From contig DASVDK010000296.1 in assembly GCA_036381125.1 (NCBI GenBank), positions 1 through 35,539 of the forward strand: a stretch of 35,539 nt of DNA. Direction: 5' to 3'. The notes beneath the pieces were generated by a model that was not told the origin of the DNA, made no database searches, and was given only the letters and a program-made list of their open reading frames with translations. Numbering within the stretch: the first letter of the stretch is position 1; the number at the start of each line of letters is the position of its first letter. The translations under genes were made by a program, and so were the position numbers. The stretch comes from Thermodesulfobacteriota bacterium (GTDB lineage Bacteria; DASVDK01). Of this stretch, positions 17,635-27,468 are shown piece by piece.

Positions 17635-18648
17635 ATGCGCCGCGACCACCGCCTCCCCCAGGGAACCGTTCACCGTCTGGTCCACGACTCGCGGGTGCTC
17701 GCCGGCAACCCGCTCGACGACCCCACCCGCCGGGAGCTGCACGTCTACACCCCCCCGGGCTGGTCGGGCGACCAGCACCTCCCGCTGCTGGTCGACCTCC
17801 CCGGCTTCGGCAACTCCGGCCTCGGCCACACGGCGTGGAAGGGCTCCGGGGAGAACGTCCCCGAGCGGCTCGATCGCCTGATCGCCGAGGGGGCGATGCC
17901 GCCGGTCGTCGTCGCCTTCCCCGACTGCTCGACCAGGCTCGGCGGCAACCAGTACCTCAACAGCGTCGGCACGGGACGGTACGCGGACTACCTGGTCGAG
18001 GAGATCGTCCCGTTCGTGGAGGAGCGGTTCTCGTGCGGCGGCGCGGGCCGGCGCGGCTGCTTCGGCAAGTCCTCCGGCGGCTACGGGGCGGCCTGGCACG
18101 CCATGCACCACGCCGACTTCTGGGCGGCCGTCTCGATCAACTCGGCCGACATGGCGTTCGAGGTCGTCTACCTGCCCGACTTCTACCCGGCGCTGGACGT
18201 GCTGCAGCGCTTCGAGTGGTCCATCGAGCGGTTCTTCGTCGACTTCGAGTCGAGGCCGAAGGTCTCGGGGGCGGAGCGGGCCTGCCGGATGTTCCTCGCG
18301 ATGAGCGCGTTCTACGATCCCGACCCGACGGCATTCCGGAGCATGCGGCTCCCGGGAGACCCGTACACCGCGGAACTCCTCCCCGAGCGGTGGGCGAACT
18401 GGCTGCGCCACGACCCGGTCGTCCTGGTCGACCAGAACGCGGCCGCGCTCCGCGCGTTGAAGGCGATCTGGCTCGACTGCGGCAGCCGCGACCAGTTCCG
18501 GATGCACTACGGCATGCGGCGCTTCCACCGGAAGCTCGAGGCGCACGGGGTGCCGCACGTCTACGAGGAGTTCGACGACGACCACACCGACATCGACTAC
18601 CGGATGGACCGGTACCTGCCCTTCCTGGCGCGGGCGCTGTCGACCTGA
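17635..18648 (+). CDS. Alpha/beta-hydrolase, enterochelin esterase-like (putative esterase family)
   Basis: VYTPPGW, DRLIAEGAMPPVVVAFPD, nucleophile elbow GKSSGG, DCGSRD, YEEFDDDH. A TACAAT -10-like box lies at 17580-17585. Confidence 0.85.
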   Translation: MRRDHRLPQGTVHRLVHDSRVLAGNPLDDPTRRELHVYTPPGWSGDQHLPLLVDLPGFGNSGLGHTAWKGSGENVPERLDRLIAEGAMPPVVVAFPDCSTRLGGNQYLNSVGTGRYADYLVEEIVPFVEERFSCGGAGRRGCFGKSSGGYGAAWHAMHHADFWAAVSINSADMAFEVVYLPDFYPALDVLQRFEWSIERFFVDFESRPKVSGAERACRMFLAMSAFYDPDPTAFRSMRLPGDPYTAELLPERWANWLRHDPVVLVDQNAAALRALKAIWLDCGSRDQFRMHYGMRRFHRKLEAHGVPHVYEEFDDDHTDIDYRMDRYLPFLARALST

Positions 18649-18669
18649 GCCAGCGGCGTAGCCGCAGTG

Positions 18670-18701
18670 TTTTCCATGGGGTCAGGTCTTTCCATTTGCC
18701 A
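18670..18701 (+). repeat. Copy A of a 32-bp dispersed repeat TTTTCCATGGGGTCAGGTCTTTCCATTT(G/T)CCA
   Basis: 31/32 identical to 23752-23783, same orientation; AT-richer than the flanks. Confidence 0.9.
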
Positions 18702-19013
18702 CGCCCCTCGGCCGGGTCCACCCTGCGTCCCCGCCCAACCCGGTCCGGACCGAGTTGGAGCTCGGCCGGTCCGGATGCGGTCACCCGGCCAGCGTGGCTC
18801 CGGCAACCGACGCATACCTGTCGGTTTCCACCAGGACGCCGGCCCCGGATACGACGCGCAGGAAGATGCTCGGCGTCGTCCTCACGTGGGGAGCCATACC
18901 GGCGCTACGGCCGTGCGTCGAGCTACGCATCGGCACCGGACATGCCGCCGGCCGGCCCCGCGCGTGGCGGAGCCGGCCGGCGCCTCGATTGGCAGGAACG
19001 CGGAGCGGGGGGC

Positions 19014-19880
19014 TTACGCCCGGGCGCGCTCGGCCGCGGTCCGCAGCGCGCGGCCGGCGAGGACGGTGGCGAGGTGGACCCGGTAGTCGCCCGAGGCGTA
19101 CACGTCGCCGAGCGGGTCCCTGATCGCCTCGGCCACCTTGCGTACGGCGGCCCCGACGGTCGCGTCGTTCACCGGCTGTCCCCGGAGCGCCTGCTCGGCC
19201 GCCGTCGCCCGCACGGGGGTGCCGGTGGCGCCGCCGACGACGAGGCTCACCTGCTCGCACGTCCCGCCGTTCACCGTGACGAGCGCCGCGACGCCCACCA
19301 CGGCGTAGCCCGAGGCGGGGTGCTTGTGCTTGACGTACGCGCCGCCGGTCCCCTTGCCGTACGACCGCACCGACACGGCCGTGAGCAGCTCGTTCGGCTG
19401 GAGCGAGGTCGTGAAGAGGTCGGTGAAGAAGGCGTCGGCCGCGATGTCGCGCGTGGCCCGGCCGTTCGAGGCGGTCATGGTGGCGCCGAGGGCGAGCATG
19501 ACGGTCGGGTAGTCGGCCCCCGGGTCGGCGTGGGCGAGCGAGCCGCCCACGGTCCCCCGGTTCCTCACCTGGAGGTCGCCGATCTGCGCCGCCGCCTCGG
19601 CGAGGATCGGGCAGTGCTGGGCCACCTCCCCGGAGGACACGACCTGCGCGTGGGTCGTGAGCGCGCCGATCGTCAGCGCGCCGGCCCGGGCCTGGATGCC
19701 CTTCAGCTCGGCGAGGCCGCCGATGTCGATCAGCGCCGGCGGCGAGGCCAGCCGGAGCTTGAGCACCGGCAGGAGGCTGTGGCCGCCGGCCAGGAGCCTG
19801 GCCTCCCGGTGCTGGCCGAGGAGCGCCGCCGCCTCGGCGAGGGTCTTCGGGCGGTAGTACTCGAAGCTCGCGGGGTACAT
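19014..19880 (-). CDS. coxM: CoxM/CutM-like FAD-binding medium subunit (form II cluster)
   Basis: [44 protein letters not shown]. Confidence 0.92.
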   Translation of the reverse strand: MYPASFEYYRPKTLAEAAALLGQHREARLLAGGHSLLPVLKLRLASPPALIDIGGLAELKGIQARAGALTIGALTTHAQVVSSGEVAQHCPILAEAAAQIGDLQVRNRGTVGGSLAHADPGADYPTVMLALGATMTASNGRATRDIAADAFFTDLFTTSLQPNELLTAVSVRSYGKGTGGAYVKHKHPASGYAVVGVAALVTVNGGTCEQVSLVVGGATGTPVRATAAEQALRGQPVNDATVGAAVRKVAEAIRDPLGDVYASGDYRVHLATVLAGRALRTAAERARA

Positions 19881-19884
19881 GGGC

Positions 19885-22236
19885 CTAGCTCCCCTGCGCG
19901 TCGCGGATCGCGCGCCAGATCCGCTCTGGCGTGAGCGGCATGTCGACCTTCTTCACCTTGAACGGGGCGAGCGCGTCCATGACGGCGTTGTACACCGTCG
20001 GCGTGGAGGCGATCGTCCCGGTCTCGCCGATCCCCTTGACGCCGAGCGCGTTCACGGTGGTCGGCGTCTCGGTGGCGCCGAGCTCGAATCTCGGGAAGTG
20101 CTCGGCCTTCGGCACGGCGTAGTCCATCATGGAGCCGGTGAGGAGCTGCCCCTGGTCGTCGTACCGCGCCCCCTCCCAGAGCGCCTGCCCGACCCCCTGC
20201 ACGATGCCGCCGTGGATCTGCCCCTCGACGATCATCGGGTTGATGACCTTGCCGCAGTCGTCGACGGCGACGTACTTCGCGAGCTTCACCTCGTACGTGT
20301 CGGGGTCGATCTCGACGACGGCGATGTGCGCCCCGAAGGGGTAGACGAAGTTGGGCGGGTCGAAGAAGGCCGACGCCTCGAGCCCCGGCTCCATCCCCTT
20401 GGGCAGGTTCCAGGCGACGTTCGCCATGAGGCAGACGTCCTGGATGGTCTTGGCCTTGGACGGCGAGCCCTTCACGAAGAACTTCCCGTCGGCGTAGTCG
20501 ATGTCCTCGACCGAGGCCTCGAGGAGGTGGGCCGCCACGGCGCGCGCCTTCTCCTTGACCTTGCGCGCCGCCTGGGCGAGCGCCCCGCCGCCGACCGCCG
20601 TGGTGCGGCTGCCGTACGTCCCCCACCCCATCGGCGTCTGGGCGGTGTCGCCGTGGACGACCTGCACGTCCTCGATCGGCACGCCGAGCTCGGACGAGAC
20701 GATCTGGGCGAAGGTCGTCTCCTCCCCCTGCCCGTGGGGGCTCACGCCGACCATCACCGACACCTTCCCGGAGGGATGGAAGCGGACGATGGCGCTCTCC
20801 CAGAGGCCGCCGCCGAAGCCGACGGCGCCGGCCACGGACGACGGCCCGAGGCCGCAGATCTCGGCGTAGGTGCAGACGCCGATCCCCATGATCCTGCCGG
20901 CGGCGCGCGCCTCGGCCTGCTGCTTCCTGAGGCCCTGGTAGTCGGCGAGCTGGAGCGCCTTGTCGAGGGCGGCCTGGTAGTTGCCGCTGTCGTAGACCAG
21001 ACCGGTCGCGACGGCGTAGCCGTCCGTGAAGGGCGGGATCAGGTTCTTTCGCCGCACCTCCACCGGGTCCATCGACAGCTCGCGCGCGAGGAGGTCGACC
21101 ATCCGCTCGACCAGGAAGGTCGCCTCGGGACGCCCCGCGCCCCGGTACGCGTCGACCGGCGTCGTGTTGGTGAAGACGCCGTAGACGTCCTCGTGGATGT
21201 TCTTGATCGTGTAGACGCCCGAGAGCATCAGGCCGTGGAGGATCGTCGGCACGCCGGTCGAGGCGGTCGAGAGGTAGGCGCCGAGGTTCGCCCACACCTT
21301 CGCCCTGAGGGCGAGGATGGTGCCGTCCTTCGTCGCGGCCAGCTCCACCTCCTGGACGTGGTCGCGGCCGTGGATGGTCGCCTTGTAGTTCTCGCTGCGC
21401 GTCTCGGTCCACTTGACCGGCCGCCCGACCATCTTGGACGCGAAGACCGCCATCGCGTCCTCGGGGTAGTGCGGGATCTTGCTGCCGAAGCCGCCTCCGA
21501 CCTCGGGCGCGACGACCCGCACCCGGTTCTCGGGGATGCCGGTCGTGAGGCCGAGGAGGAAGCGCACGATGTGCGGGTTCTGCGAGGTGACCCAGAGGGT
21601 GACCTCGTCGGTCGCCGCGTCGTACTTCGCCAGCGCGGCGCGCGGCTCCATGGCGTTCGGCACGAGGCGCTGGTTGACGATGGTGTCCTTGACGACGACG
21701 TCCGCCTGCTTGAATGCGGCCTCGACGTCCCCTCCGCTCACCTTCCAGTGGAAGGCGAGGTTCTTCGGCGCCTCGGCGTGGAGCTGCGGCGCACCGGCCT
21801 CGGTGGCCTTGACCGCGTCCACCACCACGGGGAGCGGGTCGTAGTCCACCTGCACGGCGTCGGCCGCGTCCCGGGCGAGGTAGCGGTCGGTGGCCACCAC
21901 GACGGCGACGGCGTTGCCGACGTAGCGCACGGTGTCGACGGCGATGGCCGGGTAGGGCGGCGTCTTCGCGTCGCTGTTGGGCACGACCCAGGCGCAGGGC
22001 ATGTTGCCCATGCCCGCCGCCTGCATGTCCTTGCCGGTGTAGATGGCGAGGACGCCCGGCATCTTCGCCGCCCTCGACGTGTCGATCCGCCTGATCCTCG
22101 CGTGGGCGTAGGGCGAGCGGACGACGGCCATGTGGACCATGCCGGGCTCGACCATGTCGTCCGTGTACCTCGCCTGGCCGGTGAGGAGCCGCGGGTCCTC
22201 GCGGCGCTTGACGGGCGTACCGAAGATCGTGGCCAT
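19885..22236 (-). CDS. coxL: Form II (CoxL-like) molybdo-hydroxylase large subunit, substrate uncertain
   Basis: [19 protein letters not shown], active-site AYRGAGR (form II), GTYGSR, VDDCG, EGQIHGG, KGIGE; S-L-M gene order. Confidence 0.9.
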   Translation of the reverse strand: MATIFGTPVKRREDPRLLTGQARYTDDMVEPGMVHMAVVRSPYAHARIRRIDTSRAAKMPGVLAIYTGKDMQAAGMGNMPCAWVVPNSDAKTPPYPAIAVDTVRYVGNAVAVVVATDRYLARDAADAVQVDYDPLPVVVDAVKATEAGAPQLHAEAPKNLAFHWKVSGGDVEAAFKQADVVVKDTIVNQRLVPNAMEPRAALAKYDAATDEVTLWVTSQNPHIVRFLLGLTTGIPENRVRVVAPEVGGGFGSKIPHYPEDAMAVFASKMVGRPVKWTETRSENYKATIHGRDHVQEVELAATKDGTILALRAKVWANLGAYLSTASTGVPTILHGLMLSGVYTIKNIHEDVYGVFTNTTPVDAYRGAGRPEATFLVERMVDLLARELSMDPVEVRRKNLIPPFTDGYAVATGLVYDSGNYQAALDKALQLADYQGLRKQQAEARAAGRIMGIGVCTYAEICGLGPSSVAGAVGFGGGLWESAIVRFHPSGKVSVMVGVSPHGQGEETTFAQIVSSELGVPIEDVQVVHGDTAQTPMGWGTYGSRTTAVGGGALAQAARKVKEKARAVAAHLLEASVEDIDYADGKFFVKGSPSKAKTIQDVCLMANVAWNLPKGMEPGLEASAFFDPPNFVYPFGAHIAVVEIDPDTYEVKLAKYVAVDDCGKVINPMIVEGQIHGGIVQGVGQALWEGARYDDQGQLLTGSMMDYAVPKAEHFPRFELGATETPTTVNALGVKGIGETGTIASTPTVYNAVMDALAPFKVKKVDMPLTPERIWRAIRDAQGS

Positions 22237-22239
22237 GGC

Positions 22240-22710
<471 letters not shown>

Positions 22711-22753
22711 CGATCGCCCTCCTCGCGTATCGAGAACTGCGTTTTAGACTGCC

Positions 22754-22783
22754 AGTATGCGCGTCAGGCTCGCGGCAAGTCAA
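22754..22783 (-). promoter_or_regulatory. Candidate sigma70 promoter for form II coxSLM
   Basis: TTGACT (22783-22778), 18 nt, CATACT (22759-22754). Confidence 0.5.
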
Positions 22784-22960
22784 CTCCGTCGGGCCGGCCG
22801 GCCTGGCAGGCCCGCTCACGGTCCCGATTCCCTTCGACGCGTCCGAGGCCGGTCGACTTCCAGTCCGGGCGGGCTGTCCGGCAGAGCTACCCCTCTCGCC
22901 CCTGGCATGACAGGCAAGCGCTCGTACGGTATCCTCCACCCGCGAGAGGAGGAATCTCCG

Positions 22961-23191
22961 ATGACGCGGATTCGTACCCGGTTGGCAGGCGCCGCGCTCG
23001 GCGGACTCCTGATCGTCGCGGGCGCGCCGGCATGGGCGCAGGACTCGGCCGGACTTGGCCTCGCCCTTTCCCCGACCGTCACCCTCTTCGGCGGCTACGC
23101 GTTCTTCGCCACCGCCGACCCGACCATCGAAGGCACCGACATCGAGTACACGACGCACAACGCCGAGTTCGGCCTGCGGCTCGCCTTCTGA
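22961..23191 (+). CDS. 76-aa secreted protein: signal peptide joined to the C-terminal strands of an outer-membrane beta-barrel (possibly an internally deleted remnant)
   Basis: [87 protein letters not shown] with AWA cleavage site and terminal Phe. Confidence 0.65.
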   Translation: MTRIRTRLAGAALGGLLIVAGAPAWAQDSAGLGLALSPTVTLFGGYAFFATADPTIEGTDIEYTTHNAEFGLRLAF

Positions 23192-23213
23192 GCTACCGCG
23201 TCGGGGCCGGCCG

Positions 23214-23669
23214 TCACCCGGCGGCCGGCCCCTCGATCCTCGCCCGCACGCAGTCGAAGAAGGCGGCGGTCAGCTTCTGCGTGACGCCGCCCATCAGGCG
23301 AGCGGCGACGCTGGCGATGGTCCCCGAGACGGAGACGTCCGTGGTCCAGACGAGATCGGTCCCCCCGGAGGCGTTGTCGGTCAGGACCATGCCGCTCTCG
23401 GCGTCCATGGCGCTGCCGGGCGCGGTGCCGTGGGCCTTCATGCGCGCGCGGTTCGGCGCGTCCAGCTCGAGCCACTCGACGTCGGTCGTGAAGCGCGCCC
23501 TGACGGTGCCGAAGCCGATCCCCGCCACGGCGCGGAAGCGCCGGCCCGGCTCGGTGACCTCGAGCGTCTCGAGCCCCGGCACGCACTGGCTCACCCCTTC
23601 GGGGTCGGTGAGGAAGCGCCAGACGGTCTCCCGCGGCGCGTTGATGGTCACGGCCCCTTCGAAACGCAT
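23214..23669 (-). CDS. coxG: CoxG family (SRPBCC) protein, without C-terminal membrane anchor
   Basis: [32 protein letters not shown]...[11 protein letters not shown]...FF; ATG at 23669 after GGAGGG. Confidence 0.85.
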   Translation of the reverse strand: MRFEGAVTINAPRETVWRFLTDPEGVSQCVPGLETLEVTEPGRRFRAVAGIGFGTVRARFTTDVEWLELDAPNRARMKAHGTAPGSAMDAESGMVLTDNASGGTDLVWTTDVSVSGTIASVAARLMGGVTQKLTAAFFDCVRARIEGPAAG

Positions 23670-23733
23670 CCCCGTGCCCTCCACGTCGCAGGGTCCAGCG
23701 TCGCACGAGAGGCCGGACGACCGCAACCACCCG

Positions 23734-23783
23734 TGGGGTCAGGCCTTTCCATTTTCCATGGGGTCAGGTCTTTCCATTTTCCA
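23734..23783 (+). repeat. Two head-to-tail 25-bp units TGGGGTCAGG(C/T)CTTTCCATTTTCCA (copy B of the dispersed repeat)
   Basis: 23734-23758 and 23759-23783 differ at one base and have no spacer. Confidence 0.9.
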
Positions 23784-23841
23784 TTCCGTCGCCGCGGTTG
23801 GCCCGGCGGCCGGTCCCGGCGGCCGGCCCCCGCGGCAGGGC

Positions 23842-24462
23842 CTAGCCTCCCCGGCGAGGCATCGGTGAGGCGAGGGTCGCCACGGCGAGGCCGCCGAGGA
23901 GCGCGTCGGCCACGCCCCCGGCCTGCGCGGCCAGGTCGGCGTGCGCGCCGGAGAGGACCCAGGCCGTGGCGACCTGGTCGAGCGTCCCGTAGACCACGTT
24001 GCGGGCGAGGCGCGGATCGACGTCCGGGCGCAGGACGCCGGCCGCCTGGCCGTCGGCGATGATCCGGTCGAGGACGGCGAAGTAGCTGCGCATCACCTCG
24101 CTGATCGCCCTTCGCATCTCCGGGTCCACCTGACGCAGCTCGATCTGCGTGACCGTGGCGAAGGCGCGATCGGCCGCGAGGCTCTCGAGGTGGTCGGCCA
24201 CGAAGGCGCGCAGCCGCGCGACCGGGTCGGCGAGGCGCCCCTCGTCGGCCGCCCGGCGCGCCACCATCCGGCCGAGGCGCTCGCGGAAGAGGCTCACCAG
24301 CAGGTCCTTCTTGTTCCGGAAGTAGAGGTACACGGTGCCGTTGGCGACGCCCGCCACCTCGGCGATGCGCGCCATCCGGGCCGCGTGGTACCCCTGCTCG
24401 GCGAAGACGGCCACCGCCGCGTCGAGAATCGCCCGCTCCTTGTCCCCGGTCCGCCTGCGCAC
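23842..24462 (-). CDS. TetR/AcrR family regulator (Bacillus FadR-like)
   Basis: [48 protein letters not shown] and VTQIELRQ; divergent from an acyl-CoA dehydrogenase. Confidence 0.92.
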   Translation of the reverse strand: MRRRTGDKERAILDAAVAVFAEQGYHAARMARIAEVAGVANGTVYLYFRNKKDLLVSLFRERLGRMVARRAADEGRLADPVARLRAFVADHLESLAADRAFATVTQIELRQVDPEMRRAISEVMRSYFAVLDRIIADGQAAGVLRPDVDPRLARNVVYGTLDQVATAWVLSGAHADLAAQAGGVADALLGGLAVATLASPMPRRGG

Positions 24463-24483
24463 GGTCGCCTCCCCGTGATTTAA

Positions 24484-24501
24484 TGGACGACTCGTCAGTC
24501 A
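24484..24501. promoter_or_regulatory. Candidate TetR/FadR-type operator TGGACGACTCGTCAGTCA
   Basis: Imperfect 18-bp palindrome in the AT-richer divergent intergenic gap; resembles the TGAATGAnTAnTCATTCA-type box. Confidence 0.35.
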
Positions 24502-24593
24502 ATCTGGTATCCTGTTCTATCAGGAAACGGGCGCGGAGGGAAGCGCCGCGAGAATCGGGCTCTCGGGCCCTGCTTCACACAAGAGGAGTCCCC

Positions 24594-26504
24594 ATGACCG
24601 CCAACCGCATGCACGTGACCAGCGAGGAGGAATCCCGGCAGGTCGCCGAGCAGGCGCGCCAGAGCGAGTGGGAAGGCCGCGGCTTCCTGCGCGACCTCTT
24701 CCTCGGCCGCTTCGACGTGGGGCTCATCCACCCCTTCCCCGCCGGCGCCCCGGAGCGGCCGGAGTTCCGCGAGTTCTACGATCGGATGGAGGCCTTCCTC
24801 AAGACCGTCGACTCGGCCGCGATCGACCGGACCGGCGAGTACCCGCCGGAGGTCATCGACGGGCTGCGCCGCCTCGGCGCCTTCGGGATGAAGATCCCCA
24901 CGGAGTACGGCGGCCTTGGCCTCTCGGTGCACGAGTACTGCGCCGTCATGGAGATGATCGGCAGCTACGACGGCAACATCACGGCGCTCCTGTCGGCGCA
25001 CCAGTCGATCGGCGTGCCGAAGCCGCTCACCCTGTTCGGTACCGAGGCGCAGAAGCGCCAGTACCTGCCCCGCTGCGCGCAGGGCGCCATCTCGGCCTTC
25101 GCCCTGACCGAGCCGCACGTGGGCTCAGACCCGGCCAGCCTCTCCACCACCGCCGTGCGCGACGGCGAGTACTACGTCCTGAACGGCGAGAAGCTCTGGT
25201 GCACCAACGGCACCCTGGCGGAGCTGCTCGTCGTCATGGCGCGCGACCCGGAGACGAGGAAGATCAGCGCCTTCGTCGTCGAGACCGCCTGGCCCGGCGT
25301 CACCGTCGAGTACCGCTGCCGGTTCATGGGGCTCAAGGCGCTCGCCAACGGCGTCATCAGCTTCACGAACGTCCGGGTGCCGAGGGCGAACCTGATCGGC
25401 GAGGAGGGCAAGGGGCTCAAGATCGCCCTGATCACGCTCAACACCGGCCGGCTCACCCTCCCCGCCATCTGCTCGGGGCTCGCCAAGCAGTGCCTTCGCA
25501 TCACCCGCGGCTGGGCGGCGGCCCGCTCCCAGTGGGGCGCGCCGATCGCGAAGCACGAGGCGATCGCCCATCGCATCGCGGACATGGCCGCCACCGCCTT
25601 CGCCATGGACTCGATCTGGAAGCTCACGAGCCAGCTTGCCGACCGGGGCGGCTACGACATCCGGCTCGAGGCGGCCGCGGCCAAGGAGTGGAACACGGTG
25701 CGCGGCTGGGAGCTGATCGACCAGACGCTCCAGATCCGCGGCGGCCGCGGGTACGAGACCGAGGCCTCGCTCGCCGGCCGGGGCGAGACGCCGATCGGCG
25801 TCGAGCGGATGATGCGCGACTCCCGCATCAACCTCATCTTCGAGGGGTCGAGCGAGATCATGCACCTCTTCATGGCCCGCGAGGCGGTCGACACCCACCT
25901 CCAGGTGGCGGGGGCCATGATCGACCCGAAGAAGACGCTCGCCGACAAGCTCGCCGCCCTGCCGAAGATCGCCGGCTTCTACGCCGGCTGGTACCCTGGC
26001 CTCTGGCTGCGGGGGGTCCGGGCCGGCTCGCAGTACCGCGAGTTCGGCCCGCTCGGCGCGCACCTCGCCTTCGTCGAGCGAAGCGCGCGCAAGCTCGCGC
26101 GCGAGACGTTCCACGCCATGGGGGTCTACGGCGCGAGGATGCAGCGCAAGCAGGCGTTCCTCTTCCGCGTCGTGGACATCGCCATGGAACTGTTCGCGAT
26201 GGCGGCCTCGGTGAGCCACGCCCACGCGCTCGCGGGGCGGCCCGAGGGGGAGCGAGCCCGGACGCTCGCCGACCTCTTCTGCCGCAACGCGCGCCGCAAG
26301 GTGGCGGGCCTCTTCCGCGCCCTCTGGCGCAACGACGACGCGCGCAAGACCCGCGTGGCGGCCGACGTGGTGGCCGGCCTCGACCGGTGGCTCGAGGCGG
26401 GGGCCTTCGACCTCGGGCTCTCGCCCGAGGCGTTCGAGGCCAGGCCCTTCCGCCGGGCCGCGCGGACGCCGGCGGAGGCCGGTGCGGGCGCCGGCCGGAG
26501 CTGA
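24594..26504 (+). CDS. Acyl-CoA dehydrogenase, long (VLCAD/ACAD9-like) type
   Basis: ATG at 24594 after AGAGGAG; SAHQSIG, AFALTEPHVGSD, LNGEKLWCTNG, LNTGR, QIRGGRGYE, RDSRINLIFEGSSEI, plus a C-terminal extension. Confidence 0.93.
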   Translation: MTANRMHVTSEEESRQVAEQARQSEWEGRGFLRDLFLGRFDVGLIHPFPAGAPERPEFREFYDRMEAFLKTVDSAAIDRTGEYPPEVIDGLRRLGAFGMKIPTEYGGLGLSVHEYCAVMEMIGSYDGNITALLSAHQSIGVPKPLTLFGTEAQKRQYLPRCAQGAISAFALTEPHVGSDPASLSTTAVRDGEYYVLNGEKLWCTNGTLAELLVVMARDPETRKISAFVVETAWPGVTVEYRCRFMGLKALANGVISFTNVRVPRANLIGEEGKGLKIALITLNTGRLTLPAICSGLAKQCLRITRGWAAARSQWGAPIAKHEAIAHRIADMAATAFAMDSIWKLTSQLADRGGYDIRLEAAAAKEWNTVRGWELIDQTLQIRGGRGYETEASLAGRGETPIGVERMMRDSRINLIFEGSSEIMHLFMAREAVDTHLQVAGAMIDPKKTLADKLAALPKIAGFYAGWYPGLWLRGVRAGSQYREFGPLGAHLAFVERSARKLARETFHAMGVYGARMQRKQAFLFRVVDIAMELFAMAASVSHAHALAGRPEGERARTLADLFCRNARRKVAGLFRALWRNDDARKTRVAADVVAGLDRWLEAGAFDLGLSPEAFEARPFRRAARTPAEAGAGAGRS

Positions 26505-26565
26505 CGGCGCCCGCGCCGGGGCACGGCTTGACGGCCCCGGACCGGGCGACCAGACTTGAGGGAGG

Positions 26566-27468
26566 ATGCGTCCCGAGATCCGCAAGATCCGCGACGCCAT
26601 GGAGGCGGCGCACTACGTCACGGACGCGCCGGTGGCGACGGCCGTCCACCTCGCCGTGACGCTCGGCCGGCCGCTCCTCATCGAGGGGCACGCCGGCGTC
26701 GGCAAGACCGAGGTCGCCAAGGTCCTCGCCGCGGTCCAGCAGACCAACCTCATCCGCCTGCAGTGCTACGAGGGCCTCGACGCCGCGCAGGCGCTCTACG
26801 AGTGGAACTACCCGAAGCAGCTCCTGCGCATCAAGCTCGAGGAGGGCGACGGCCGCCCGGTCGAGGCCCGCGAGGCCACGATCTTCAGCGAGCCCTTCCT
26901 GCTGAAGCGCCCGCTCCTGCAGGCCATCGCGCAGCCCGGTCCTCCCCCGGTGCTGCTCATCGACGAGATCGACCGGGCCGACGAGGCGTTCGAGGCGTTC
27001 CTGCTCGAGATCCTGTCCGACTTCCAGGTGACGATCCCGGAGGTGGGGACGATCCGCGCGGCGCGGCCGCCGCACGTGGTCCTCACCTCGAACCGGACGC
27101 GCGAGCTGACCGACGCCCTGAGGCGCCGCTGCCTCTACCTCTGGATCGACTTCCCGGCCCTCGACAAGGAGGTCCGCATCATCCGCGCGCGGCTGCCGGG
27201 GGTGAACGAGCGGCTCGCGGTGGAGATCGGCCGCGTCATGCAGCGGCTCAGGCGCGAGCGGCTCGCCAAGCTGCCGGGCGTGGCCGAGACGCTCGACTGG
27301 GCCGCGGCGCTCGCCGCGCTGCACGCCGACCACCTCGACGCCGACCTCGTGACCGAGACGCTCGGCTGCGTCCTCAAGGACGCGGACGACGTGCGGAAGG
27401 TCGAGCGGCTGCTCGCGACCGGCGGCGTCGCGGCCCTCGTCGGGACCGACGGCGATGGACGCCCCTAG
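26566..27468 (+). CDS. coxD: MoxR-type AAA+ ATPase CoxD
   Basis: Walker A GHAGVGKT, RLQCYEGLD, LYEWNY, Walker B LLIDEIDR, LTSNRTREL. Candidate promoter TTGACG-N17-CAGACT at 26528-26556. Confidence 0.9.
   Translation: MRPEIRKIRDAMEAAHYVTDAPVATAVHLAVTLGRPLLIEGHAGVGKTEVAKVLAAVQQTNLIRLQCYEGLDAAQALYEWNYPKQLLRIKLEEGDGRPVEAREATIFSEPFLLKRPLLQAIAQPGPPPVLLIDEIDRADEAFEAFLLEILSDFQVTIPEVGTIRAARPPHVVLTSNRTRELTDALRRRCLYLWIDFPALDKEVRIIRARLPGVNERLAVEIGRVMQRLRRERLAKLPGVAETLDWAAALAALHADHLDADLVTETLGCVLKDADDVRKVERLLATGGVAALVGTDGDGRP

Noticed and set aside
18667-19260. Small ORFs 18667..19086, 18755..19123 and 18781..19260 as genes
   Set aside because: No RBS or recognisable domain, and they overlap coxM or start within the repeat.
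19885-22236. Second true CO dehydrogenase, or a sulfite/sulfonate-oxidising enzyme serving the xsc operon
   Set aside because: AYRGAGR lacks the Cu-binding Cys of form I. Sulfite oxidation is done by other Mo-enzyme families, and nothing but proximity links this gene to the sulfonate block.
23734-23783. CRISPR array
   Set aside because: Two units are head-to-tail with no spacer, the third copy is 5 kb away, and no cas genes are present.
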